From Cyanidioschyzon merolae (lineage: Eukaryota), in the NCBI GenBank assembly GCA_000091205.1, contig AP006491.2: DNA of 64,000 nt; one strand, written 5' to 3'. A program made the translations under genes and the position numbers. The stretch's first letter is position 1. Each line of letters starts with the position of its first letter. This document shows positions 8,826-18,445 of this stretch, in pieces. A model generated the notes under the pieces. It searched no databases and was not told where the DNA came from. It worked only from the letters and a program-made list of their open reading frames with translations.

Positions 8826-11651
8826 TTGTGTTGCCGAACTTCGACTGGCTCGCGCTGGCGCTTTAGCCGGGCAGACGCACCTATGCGTTTGGCAGTTCTA
8901 GGCTTGCCCTCACCGAGCTTTGGAATGGAACTGGAACTCGCTTTTGTCTCTAATATACTTGGAACGGCGAGAGTAGGGAGTTTTCTAGGCAAAGACGCGA
9001 AGGACGCGCTCCTTCTGAATAGCCGGCGGTGGGTTCCGCACGCGAAGCGGTTTCGTTTAGGTCGGCGCACCGCGCTAAGCCTAGAGAGCAAAGGCAAGAA
9101 GCACCACGATAACACTGGTGCCTTTACTTCAGGATCCGCTCGTCGGGAGCTTAGTGGTCTAGCGGCAACGAGCGACGGAGGCTCATCTGGTTCTTCGTTC
9201 GTCAGCGAGGAAGAAGTTGAGGTGTTGGAAGGGTTCGAAGACCTGCTCCTAACGTCCAACAAGAAGAAAGTGACTCCGAAAACAAAACCAGCACCCACCT
9301 CTGATGCAAAGGCCCAAGCTTCTGTTAATGGGTTTGAGGTCCTCGAAGGATTCGAAGACCTTTTCACGGAGCCGAAGAAGGGGAAAAAAGGCAAAAAATC
9401 AAAGGCACAAGCTTCAACCGTGACTTCGGCGTTGCGCGCTGCAGCACCAAATGAAGGCTCAGTGAAAGCGTCGCATTCTGAAAACGCAGAGCACGGGATA
9501 GCAGCTCCGGCGGACCCTCAACGCAACGGAAAGTTAACTGCTACTACTGGTGAGACCGTGCACTCTCTTGAGAGGGAAACTCAGCGACCCGCTGCAGCCA
9601 CGGAAGAATCGAAACAAGCTTCCAGGACCGTTGCTACGGGCGACTCGCCCCCGCTGGAGACAGTGCTGGACGCGGGCTCGGAGGAATCCTCGGAGCAGGT
9701 TCCGGAAGATGATGTGAGCTCCGGAAACAATGCTCGCCAGAAGCGCCAGTCCCAGAGCACCTCAACTGCCGCGGGGCGCGCCGCCCTCAACCTCAGGGCC
9801 GACGCCGGTGATGACATCACGGCCGAGTCAGTGTTCCTTCGTCTGGAGGATGTTAGTGTGTCATATCGGGGAGAGGTCGTTGTGAAAAAGGCAGAACTTG
9901 ACATTCGCATGGGCGATCGTATTGCTATTGTGGGAAAGAACGGTTCAGGGAAAACGTCTCTTTTGCGCATCCTGGCTGGACTGCAAGAGCCGACAAAAGG
10001 CGAGGTTGTGCGCTCGCCCGCAGGCCTGCGTGTGGGTTACCTGCGTCAAGAGTTCCATGACGACCTGAATCCGACGCGAACGCTACGTGAGGAACTCTCC
10101 TCTGCTCTGACGGAGGCAAATGCGGCACTCGCCCGATATCACGAGCTGGAGAACCAAGTCGCCAGCGTTGCGCACGATCCCGATCGCCTCGGTGCGCTTC
10201 TGGAAGAGCTAGAGCGTGCCCGCATAGAATGCGAGCGGGTTGGTGCTTTCAACATAGATATGAAAGTGGATCGCGTAATGGCCGCTCTGGGCTTCGTCTC
10301 CGGGGATGATCCCGAGAAGCTGGTTGCATCTTACTCCGGTGGATGGAAAATGCGCATAGGCCTCGGCAAAGTGCTTCTCCATGAGCCGCACGTGCTGCTT
10401 CTCGACGAACCGAGCAACCATCTTGATGTAGATTCTGTGGAGTGGTTGGAAAACTACCTCTGCTCGCTCCCGATTCCCTTAGTGATTGTGTCGCATGACC
10501 GAGAATTCATCGACCGTGTATGCAACAAAGTGGTCGAGATGGAGCGAGGTGAAACTGTGAAGTACGTCGGTAACTATACGAGCTTCCTGAAACAGAAAAA
10601 AGAGCGTATAGCTGCATGGCAAGCCGCGTATGAACGCCAGATGAAGTACATCGAAGAGCAAAAGGCGTTTATCAACCGCTTCAAGAACAATGCTGCAAGG
10701 GCATCGCAAGTCAAGAGCCGTGAGAAAGCACTCGAGAAATTCATGGCCGCGGAGAAGTTCGTGTCGCCACCGCCAGGCAACGAAAAAATGCTTCGTTTCC
10801 GCTTTCCATCGGCGCCACGTTCGGCTCGCGATTTGGTTTCGCTTCGCTCGGTCACCATGCGCTACGGGGACCGTACGCTCTTCCGTAATGTCGACTTTAC
10901 GATTGAGCGGGGAGATCGCATCGCCGTTGTGGGCCCGAACGGCAGCGGCAAGTCGACGTTGCTTCGGCTGATCTGCGGGATAGAGGCTCCGACAGAAGGC
11001 GAGGTGGCGATCGCCGAGTACGGTACCAAGATCGCATACTTTGAGCAGAATCAGGCAGATGCACTGGATATGAACCTGACGATCCTTGAAACAATGCAGC
11101 GAGCCGCGCCGGCAAACATGCCCTACGAGCAGATTCGTGCGCTTCTCGGACGATTTCTGTTCAAAGGCGATGCAGTGGAGAAGAAAGTTGGTTCACTGAG
11201 TGGCGGCGAAAAAGCGCGCCTGGCGCTTTGTAAGATCCTGCTCGAGCCGGCGAATCTGCTCGTTCTCGATGAGCCAGGCAACCATGTGGACATTGAGGGT
11301 CGCGAGTGCCTCGAGGAGGCTCTCCAGGAATACGACGGTACGCTCGTTATCGTGAGCCATGACCGCTACCTTGTGTCTCAGGTGGCCACGAGTGTCATTG
11401 CCATTGAAAATGGCAAACTGGAGTTTTATGATGGTGATTATCGCTTCTACTGTGAACAGCACCTGGAGTTGCGCCAGCGACTTCGCGAGCGCGCCATCGC
11501 CGGTGTGACCGACATCAAGTCGGCGCCAGTGGAGGCCATGGCGCGGGCGGGTGACGGTCAGTTGCACGAAGAACGCAAGAAGACTTTTGGCGGATCTGGT
11601 GTGAAGAACAAGAAAGACAGCATGATGAACTCAAAGCGCTGGAATGACTAA
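8826..11651 (+). CDS. ABC-F family ATPase (tandem ABC domains, ABCF1/GCN20/EF3-like), with a long low-complexity Lys-rich N-terminal extension
   Basis: 941-aa ORF. There are two Walker A motifs (GKNGSGKTS; GPNGSGKST), two ABC signatures (YSGGWKMRIGL; LSGGEKARLAL) and two Walker B motifs (LLLDEPSNHLD; LVLDEPGNHVD). No transmembrane segments are evident. Confidence 0.85.
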   Translation: MCCRTSTGSRWRFSRADAPMRLAVLGLPSPSFGMELELAFVSNILGTARVGSFLGKDAKDALLLNSRRWVPHAKRFRLGRRTALSLESKGKKHHDNTGAFTSGSARRELSGLAATSDGGSSGSSFVSEEEVEVLEGFEDLLLTSNKKKVTPKTKPAPTSDAKAQASVNGFEVLEGFEDLFTEPKKGKKGKKSKAQASTVTSALRAAAPNEGSVKASHSENAEHGIAAPADPQRNGKLTATTGETVHSLERETQRPAAATEESKQASRTVATGDSPPLETVLDAGSEESSEQVPEDDVSSGNNARQKRQSQSTSTAAGRAALNLRADAGDDITAESVFLRLEDVSVSYRGEVVVKKAELDIRMGDRIAIVGKNGSGKTSLLRILAGLQEPTKGEVVRSPAGLRVGYLRQEFHDDLNPTRTLREELSSALTEANAALARYHELENQVASVAHDPDRLGALLEELERARIECERVGAFNIDMKVDRVMAALGFVSGDDPEKLVASYSGGWKMRIGLGKVLLHEPHVLLLDEPSNHLDVDSVEWLENYLCSLPIPLVIVSHDREFIDRVCNKVVEMERGETVKYVGNYTSFLKQKKERIAAWQAAYERQMKYIEEQKAFINRFKNNAARASQVKSREKALEKFMAAEKFVSPPPGNEKMLRFRFPSAPRSARDLVSLRSVTMRYGDRTLFRNVDFTIERGDRIAVVGPNGSGKSTLLRLICGIEAPTEGEVAIAEYGTKIAYFEQNQADALDMNLTILETMQRAAPANMPYEQIRALLGRFLFKGDAVEKKVGSLSGGEKARLALCKILLEPANLLVLDEPGNHVDIEGRECLEEALQEYDGTLVIVSHDRYLVSQVATSVIAIENGKLEFYDGDYRFYCEQHLELRQRLRERAIAGVTDIKSAPVEAMARAGDGQLHEERKKTFGGSGVKNKKDSMMNSKRWND

Positions 11652-12639
11652 GAACATTGTCAGGTCCGGTGTAAACGTCCGTTTTCTTCAAAAGGTACGC
11701 CCGGAGGGAGCGTTTTACGAACCCTGTGGCTCTGGTCGTCATGACGCCCATGCTCTGCTCAGCATCGTTGACGCATTCGCAGTTTGGGGAGCACGCTGTA
11801 CGGTGCTGGAACGGGTACCCGTGTTACCGCAGCTTGAGTGCTTGCTCGGTACGTCGAGCGCTCGCGCAACACCACAGCAACACACTCTGCATCTTCGATG
11901 AAAAATGTTGCAGCTTGTTTCCCTCATAGGACTTTCTGGAGGAATCTCTGGTGATGTTCACGCATCTTCTGTGACGAACAAGCAGGGAATTCGCAGCACC
12001 TGCATCCGAGCGTCTGCTGCATGTATGCTGGTGCTCGCACAGCGACGGCAACAGTGTCGGTGCGTCTCGGGCCGATGCCCCCAGTGGTACGGCAGAGTCG
12101 TTCTGTCTTCGTGCTGCTTCTGCACCGGCGCTAGCGGTACTATTGTGGATGCTTCTGGAAGACTCGGCGGGTCATGGAACATGGTTAGTGACCAGATTCT
12201 CCGTGGGGAAATATTGGGCAGTTCAATTTGGAGCTCGGATGTATATCGACAGATGCTTTTCCAATCGCTGATATCAAGCAAGCCGTCGGGGATCCCTAGT
12301 CAGTACACACGTTCGATCAAAGGAAACGTGAACGGCATCACTGCTGTGCATCCAAGTCGCGTGCGCCCGCGATCAGCAGCGCACATCTGCCTTCCTTTCA
12401 GTACTATACGCAAGGCATTGTTTCATGCCAGAGGATGCGCTCAGATTCATCATGGAGAGGATCTACATGTACAGTTGCAGTCAACTACGCAGCGCTCGGG
12501 TTCTACTGACGACTGACCAGCCTGCTGGCTCGCATGCAGTCGACATGTCGTGGCCCGTACCGCACCGTGCGGTCATTGGTGCGTCCCCGGGGCGATGCCC
12601 GCTGGCGCCATCGCATCCTGCCCCGGCTCCCGGAACCCA

Positions 12640-13372
12640 TAAACATCCTCTTTGAATGCGTGGAGCGTTCAAGGCGTCGTCTGTTTGTCACCAGTTTTTC
12701 AGGGATGAAGCGCAGCCGCCCATTGCTGCAGGAGCCGAGCACAGTCAACATCCTCTTTGAATGCGTGGAGCGTTCAAGGCGTCGTCTGTTTGTCACCAGT
12801 TTTTCAGGGATGAAGCGCCGCCGCCCATTGCTGCAGGAGCCGAGCACAGTCAACATCCTCTTTGAATGCGTGGAGCGTTCAAGGCGTCGTCTGTTTGTCA
12901 CCAGTTTTTCAGGGATGAAGCGCCGCCGCCCATTGCTGCAGGAGCCGAGCACAGTCAACATCCTCTTTGAATGCGTGGAGCGTTCAAGGCGTCGTCTGTT
13001 TGTCACCAGTTTTTCAGGGATGAAGCGCCGCCGCCCATTGCTGCAGGAGCCGAGCACACTCAACATCCTCTTTGAATGCGTGGAGCGTTCAAGGCGTCGT
13101 CTGTTTGTCACCAGTTTTTCAGGGATGAAGCGCCGCCGCCCATTGCTGCAGGAGCCGAGCACAGTCAACATCCTCTTTGAATGCGTGGAGCGTTCAAGGC
13201 GTCGTCTGTTTGTCGCCAGTTTTTCAGGGATGAAGCGCAGCCGTCCATTGCTGCAGGAGCCGAGCACACTCAACATCCTCTTTGAATGCGTGGAGCGTTC
13301 AAGGCGTTCGTCTGTTTGTCACCAGTTTTTCAGGGATGAAGCGCAGCCGCCCATTGCTGCAGGAGCCGATCT
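12640..13372. repeat. Tandem array, 105-bp unit x ~7
   Basis: The unit ...atgaagcgc(a/c)gccgcccattgctgcaggagccgagcaca(g/c)tcaacatcctctttgaatgcgtggagcgttcaaggcgtcgtctgtttgtcaccagtttttcaggg... has period 105, with atg at 12705 and again at 12810. Identity is above 95%. The period is a multiple of 3, so ORFs stay open on both strands. Confidence 0.9.
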
Positions 13373-14866
13373 CAGCACCAGTCGTACCGATTGCAGTGGT
13401 ACCCGCGTAATGCAGCTCCCCAATGTCGTTCGAGGTACACTGGGGCGCGGTGACCTCTGGGTGCCCCACCCACACTGCGAGTAGCTTATGCGTGTGTAGA
13501 CCGTGTCAAGCCGTATCAAGAGTCCTCACATAACGTGCTTTTTGAATGTCAGCAGTTGGTCCACATGACCAGGCGCTGCCTTGTCGCATAAACGAGAACT
13601 CGGGGATGTCTTCTGGGAATTCGAGACGACTTCCACGAGAATCGCGTTTGTTTGGTAACGAGTTAAAGGACCCATCCTGATCCGACCGCGACCACAACTG
13701 CGCTCTAGTGCCTGTATCAATCACCTCGCGCGCAGTTGTGTAGTTCCATGGCTCTGCAAATGTCACAACTCCTCGTACGGAAACGCAGCGACATCTTTGC
13801 ATGAACTTGACAGAATGCTGGATTTCCTGCTCACTCCCCGAAGCCTAGTCGTTCGGAGTGCTTTCGTCTCGTGGGCTGTGGCGCAGAGCTCTCCAAGGAT
13901 GCTCCTTTCTGAACTACACGCCCGTGAACAGCGGTGATCTCGTCCATGCATCCAGGTTGCTGACACGCTCGTGATATCCTGGGGGAAACTTTACCACTCA
14001 ACACTTCGTTTTGCGCACCGATCTCAATACCAGTGAGAACAATGCTGATGCGCATCAACAGAGCGCAAGGCAGCCTCCTGGTCTCGGGCGCACCATCCGT
14101 CTCGTGGAGCAGGGACGCTCCAGCATCAAAACTGCTCGCCGATAATCGGGTCCGCTATGCATTTCAGCGCAGCAGTCCATTGCGTGTCGCAAATCTCAAT
14201 GCCTGTACCCGATTCAGCTCGTGAACACGAACAGAGCAACGTGCACGATCACTAAAGCCAGACAAGTGCACGCACCACAGACCAGCACGCCTCAAGGGCA
14301 CCTTTCCCTGCCAAGTCAAAAAACGTACCACTGCCCCGAATTTCCCGTACGATGCGTCAGCACCTGTGGCGAAATGAGCTCGTGAGGCCGCACGCCTAAC
14401 CTCGACGATCAGGGCTGCATCAGCGCGCTCTATCTAATGCACTGCGCCCGCACTAGTCCAGCTGACATGGCCACTCGCTCACGAGAAGCTTCACATTGCA
14501 AATGCAGCCACGCGTCATGGAGCGTCTGCGTCCCGGGACGCACACCCGAAATGCCTAGGCGCCCGCTCGCACGCGGATGCTTCCGTGTGGGCAAGATGGT
14601 GCACGCCGCAGCGCTGCCGCGTTGCGCACGACCTCCGCTTCGTGCACGACATCGCGTGAGCATACGATCACACTAGTCCATGACACAGGCAGCAAGCAGG
14701 AAGATACCCGACCGTATCACTCTTTCCTGGAGTCGATCCAAACGATCCACCCAAGACTCGCGTATTCCGCCGTCCCAGCTCGCCGTGCTAATGCACGCCC
14801 TGGAGACACCTCTCTGTGGCACGATGGACAGATCGATCGACAAGCCTCCTGCGTTTACACAGATTC

Positions 14867-15301
14867 TTAGAAAGGAAAAACATAGGTCGGCCCATGACTT
14901 CGAGTCTTGTAAATAGGCTCCCTCTTTTTCTCCCAGTCAGGAACGTGTTCCATCACTTTGGCTTCCCAGGCCTCCCACTGCGCTTTTGCTTTCAGGTACC
15001 GCTCGTCCTCTTCTGCCTGTAGGAACGGCGCTAAAGCCGCCCGCACTTGACGACGTTCCTCGAGAAGTTCTCTTCGGTGTAAGTTATAGTTGCCCATTCG
15101 CCAAAAACCGTATGCCATAACGAGGGCGCTCCCGAGGAAGAGCGCCGTAGCCGAGGGCCCCACGTTCCGCGGCAGGTTCCGCCGAACGTCCAGCCGCGGA
15201 TAGCCGCCCGGCGGTGGACCGTCCTGCAAGTGTTGGAGCGGCGGGGGTTTTGGCGGTTCCGTCACGCCAGAGTACGGAGGCCGCTCACCAGTGAGCGACA
15301 T
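14867..15301 (-). CDS. NDUFA13: NADH dehydrogenase (ubiquinone) 1 alpha subcomplex subunit 13 (GRIM-19)
   Basis: 144 aa, the same length as human NDUFA13. GGYPRLDVRRNLPRNVGPSATALFLGSALVMAYGFWRMGNYNLHRRELLEERRQVRAALAPFLQAEEDERY matches the GRIM-19 core (YKRNLP...single TM helix...RE.R..E...AR.A.LPLLQAE.DRR). Confidence 0.75.
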   Translation of the reverse strand: MSLTGERPPYSGVTEPPKPPPLQHLQDGPPPGGYPRLDVRRNLPRNVGPSATALFLGSALVMAYGFWRMGNYNLHRRELLEERRQVRAALAPFLQAEEDERYLKAKAQWEAWEAKVMEHVPDWEKKREPIYKTRSHGPTYVFPF

Positions 15302-15594
15302 GTCGAACGCGAGTTCAGGTCACTCCCTGAAGTGGGCAGTATACAGAACTCCAAAAATACCGGCCACTGTGGTTGCACGCGGTTACGCTACTCCCGCTCC
15401 ACTCTACTACCAAAGCGCAAAGCCAACTACTCTTCAGTCTTGACTTGCTTCTCAAGTAACGTCAGTGCACCGTGCCTTGCGCTTGTCCAGGGAACGTACC
15501 AAGCTCTCGCAGAAGTGTATCGCCCGTTGGGCTCGTGGCAGGAGCGCGCACGCGCACACGGCATCGATGTTTTTCCGATGACCAAATTCGTGTC

Positions 15595-16290
15595 CATGGA
15601 CCAGGGATCCCAGATTGTGAGATGGGTATTCGTAATTGAAAAAGCGTCCATGATGATGCACTTTACCTTCAAGTTCCATTCCTTGGCCTTCAGCTCGGAT
15701 ATACTGGTCGTTTTGTAGGTTATATTGTGTGTCAAGTGCATGCCTTGGAGCATCCACAACAGAGCCGAAACCGCTGGAGCAGATATTTCATAGAGGCAGG
15801 ACCGGATTTGCCACACCATTGACTACTTCGACTCGGGGCTTGGATCATCCGACACAGGGTCGGTATACACGATCATTCTGGGAGCCTGCAAATTTCGCAG
15901 ACAGACCTACTGTGTCCGACTGCGCGAAGCGATATACTACAAGTCCACTGCGACCAGGGCGATGCCCAGACGCAACATCGGCGCTCCGAGTCCCAGAATA
16001 CACTGCGTTGCGGCCGAGTTGGTCAGATCTCACTAACGCAACAGCCACAGGAGAGAGCACGAAGCACCAGCCCGGCAGACTTGTCCGGTTCGCGGGATCT
16101 TCCACCTCTAAGGTAAAGTTTCGACAAAAAGGAAACCATTTCCCCTTCTTCATGTTTGCCGTAGAGGGGCAAAGAACTCGTTCTATCGTTGCTCGTTCGT
16201 GGATAGTTTCTGATCTTTTTTCTGTGCAGTGCGGTCGATATGCGCACCTGGGAGATCTAGCACGCTCGAGGCACGACGCGCATCGACAAG
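15595..16290. repeat. Dispersed repeat family 2, copy 2
   Basis: Homologous to 7080-7760 (see that feature). It lies immediately upstream of the NDUFA13 start. Confidence 0.7.
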
Positions 16291-17761
16291 TGCCACTGGC
16301 GGTGCGGCTTCATTCCATGCGCGCGTGCTGCACCGAGTTACTGGTATCGATGACCCGAGTTCGATTCTTTCATACGACACGACACGTCATCCTCTGAGGC
16401 GTACGGGGGTTTCACGCCAGCTTCCCTTTGCATCAAGGCAAGGTCAGGTGCGTATATTGTGATTCTTTCTAAATCGTATCAGGGCAGATGCACGGTGCCT
16501 GCTCCATTTTTTCACATGCAGATGGTTACCGCATCTTGAAACGGACACGTCCAAGTTTTCCAAGTGGCGTCCATACGCCCGCAATTTCGAGCGAGCAGCG
16601 AACGAACCCGCCACGGCAAGCGCTCTGGTACCACCCGCTCGATTCAGCGGTATCCAGACCAGAGCGATTCGGAGTTGAACGACAAAGACCTAGACATCAA
16701 GGCGCATCCCATAGAATAGTGTCAGATGAATATGGAACACTGAGTTGCTCGCTCCTTTCCTGAATTTCGCTCATTATCCGAAGATTTTCAGATGTTCTGC
16801 CTCGGCATTTGAATAGTTTCAAGAACGGCTTGCGCATTCATATGTAGTTCTTGGATTCTCGGTCGTTTGCACGGGGCAGGTCCAACGAAGCAACGCAGCT
16901 GGAATGAATTACCTTGCCGGAATCAAAATGCTTCGCGACGCCCTCAGACAAGCATTGGTAAAATAACCGATATCATCATCCAATTCATACGTACAAGAAT
17001 CCGCGCTTCTTTCCTGACGTGAAGCATGTTAGGGCCATGCATGCTTCAAGTTTTCCGACTCTCTATTTCACGACAACTCATGGGCGGAGCCATTTGCGCC
17101 CCCGAATGAACGACGAAAAATCACAGTCGGTGTCATCTCTCGACGACTTGTTCATGAATGCATGTTGGAAGGTCACTGAACGTTTCATAGCAAATAATCG
17201 ATTCTATTCGAAGCACAAACCTTCCTCTCCTTGTGGCCGACGACGGAATGGCATTCGAGCGCAGCAGCTTTATACCGGTCACATGAGATGCCTCCACATG
17301 CCCCCGTCGGTTCTGTTTGCGTGGAAAAGAGTTGCATCCTCGGACTTTAGTGATCGCAGCGATCGCTTCTATTTTAGGGTGCGTCAACGAGTCGCGAGTG
17401 GAGAGCTTAGACGGTTCAAATTTCTGGATTTGATCTTAAGCCAGGATTTTCCTTCCGGTACTTGATTCGTCATGAACAACATCGCGTTCCACAAATCCTC
17501 TACCGAATGGGCGAGCGTTCACTTGCGTGTGCAGCGGACTGGGTACTCGCCGACGGGATTGCCCAGAGGAAGCCCGCGTTCGTCGGGCACGACACCGGGT
17601 GCGGAATCCGAAGAAGCCACTGAGCTTAGCCTTCTGTGCCCGTCAAGGGCATGTACCGGGCGATGATGCAAGCGTTTGCGTGCCACAAGACGGCGCTCGG
17701 ACGAGCAGCTCTGCTGGCGGTCTCCAGGAACACGTGACAGCGGTCAAAAGTCACTTCTGCG

Positions 17762-17959
17762 ATGCGAGAACCGATACTGTATAGAATAAAACGAGGAAAT
17801 GAGCACATCAAGCATAGATTGCAGCTTCCATCAGTTTGTGCAATGCACCGACAGCTGCCGAAAGTTGCAAACCGGGACCTGAACGCTGTCATCAATATTC
17901 TTCGGCTGCTGGAACGTACTCGGAGGCAAAGGGGAGACAGACGAACGCAAAGCCCTTGA
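17762..17959 (+). pseudogene. Possible short remnant of a TnpB/Fanzor-like RuvC-III region
   Basis: The ORF fragment ...CAMHRQLPKVANRDLNAVINILRLL... resembles the TnpB/Fanzor RuvC-III consensus RD-x-NAA-x-NI(L) preceded by a Cys. There is no other domain context. Confidence 0.3.
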
Positions 17960-18445
17960 CAAAGGAGGAGGAGGAAAGGCGGCGGTCGCAAAGTCCTGCA
18001 AATACTGATGCTGACGACAAAGGAAATAGACTCAAACTCTAGCGTTAACGCCCGCGTTCAATCTGCGTACCCATTCTTATTTAGTCTGACACGGGGTAGC
18101 GCATCTGTGTAACATCTCGGCAAATGCTCCGAGCAGACGCCACTTCACATCGGTCGCCATTCGAATCGAGAGCCACGAATTCCGGGCAGCATCAGCTGCC
18201 GCTGCAGTATCCCCGGTTGGCACACCAGGGTCCCTGCAAAACAACGAGTCCATATGCGCATCAGGTATCGGGCTGGCGTCAGACGCGCCAGCGCTCGTGC
18301 TGACAACAACGATCGCTTACTGCGCCTGCATACTCACGCGCGCATGGTACCGGTCGCGTCGAGGCGCCGCTGTGCAGGGGCGCAGCTTCACTCGAATACA
18401 ACGATAAGCACGTTTGCCATCCGGTACCGTCGCCTTGGCGAAGAC

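Noticed and set aside
12640-13372. The tandem array as a CRISPR array
   Set aside because: The units are contiguous with no unique spacers, are 105 bp long, and the context is eukaryotic.
12503-13484. The 257-aa and 316-aa ORFs through the 105-bp array as a repeat-protein gene
   Set aside because: Both strands are open only because the period is a multiple of 3. No start context or homology is visible. This is kept as a finding, not a CDS.
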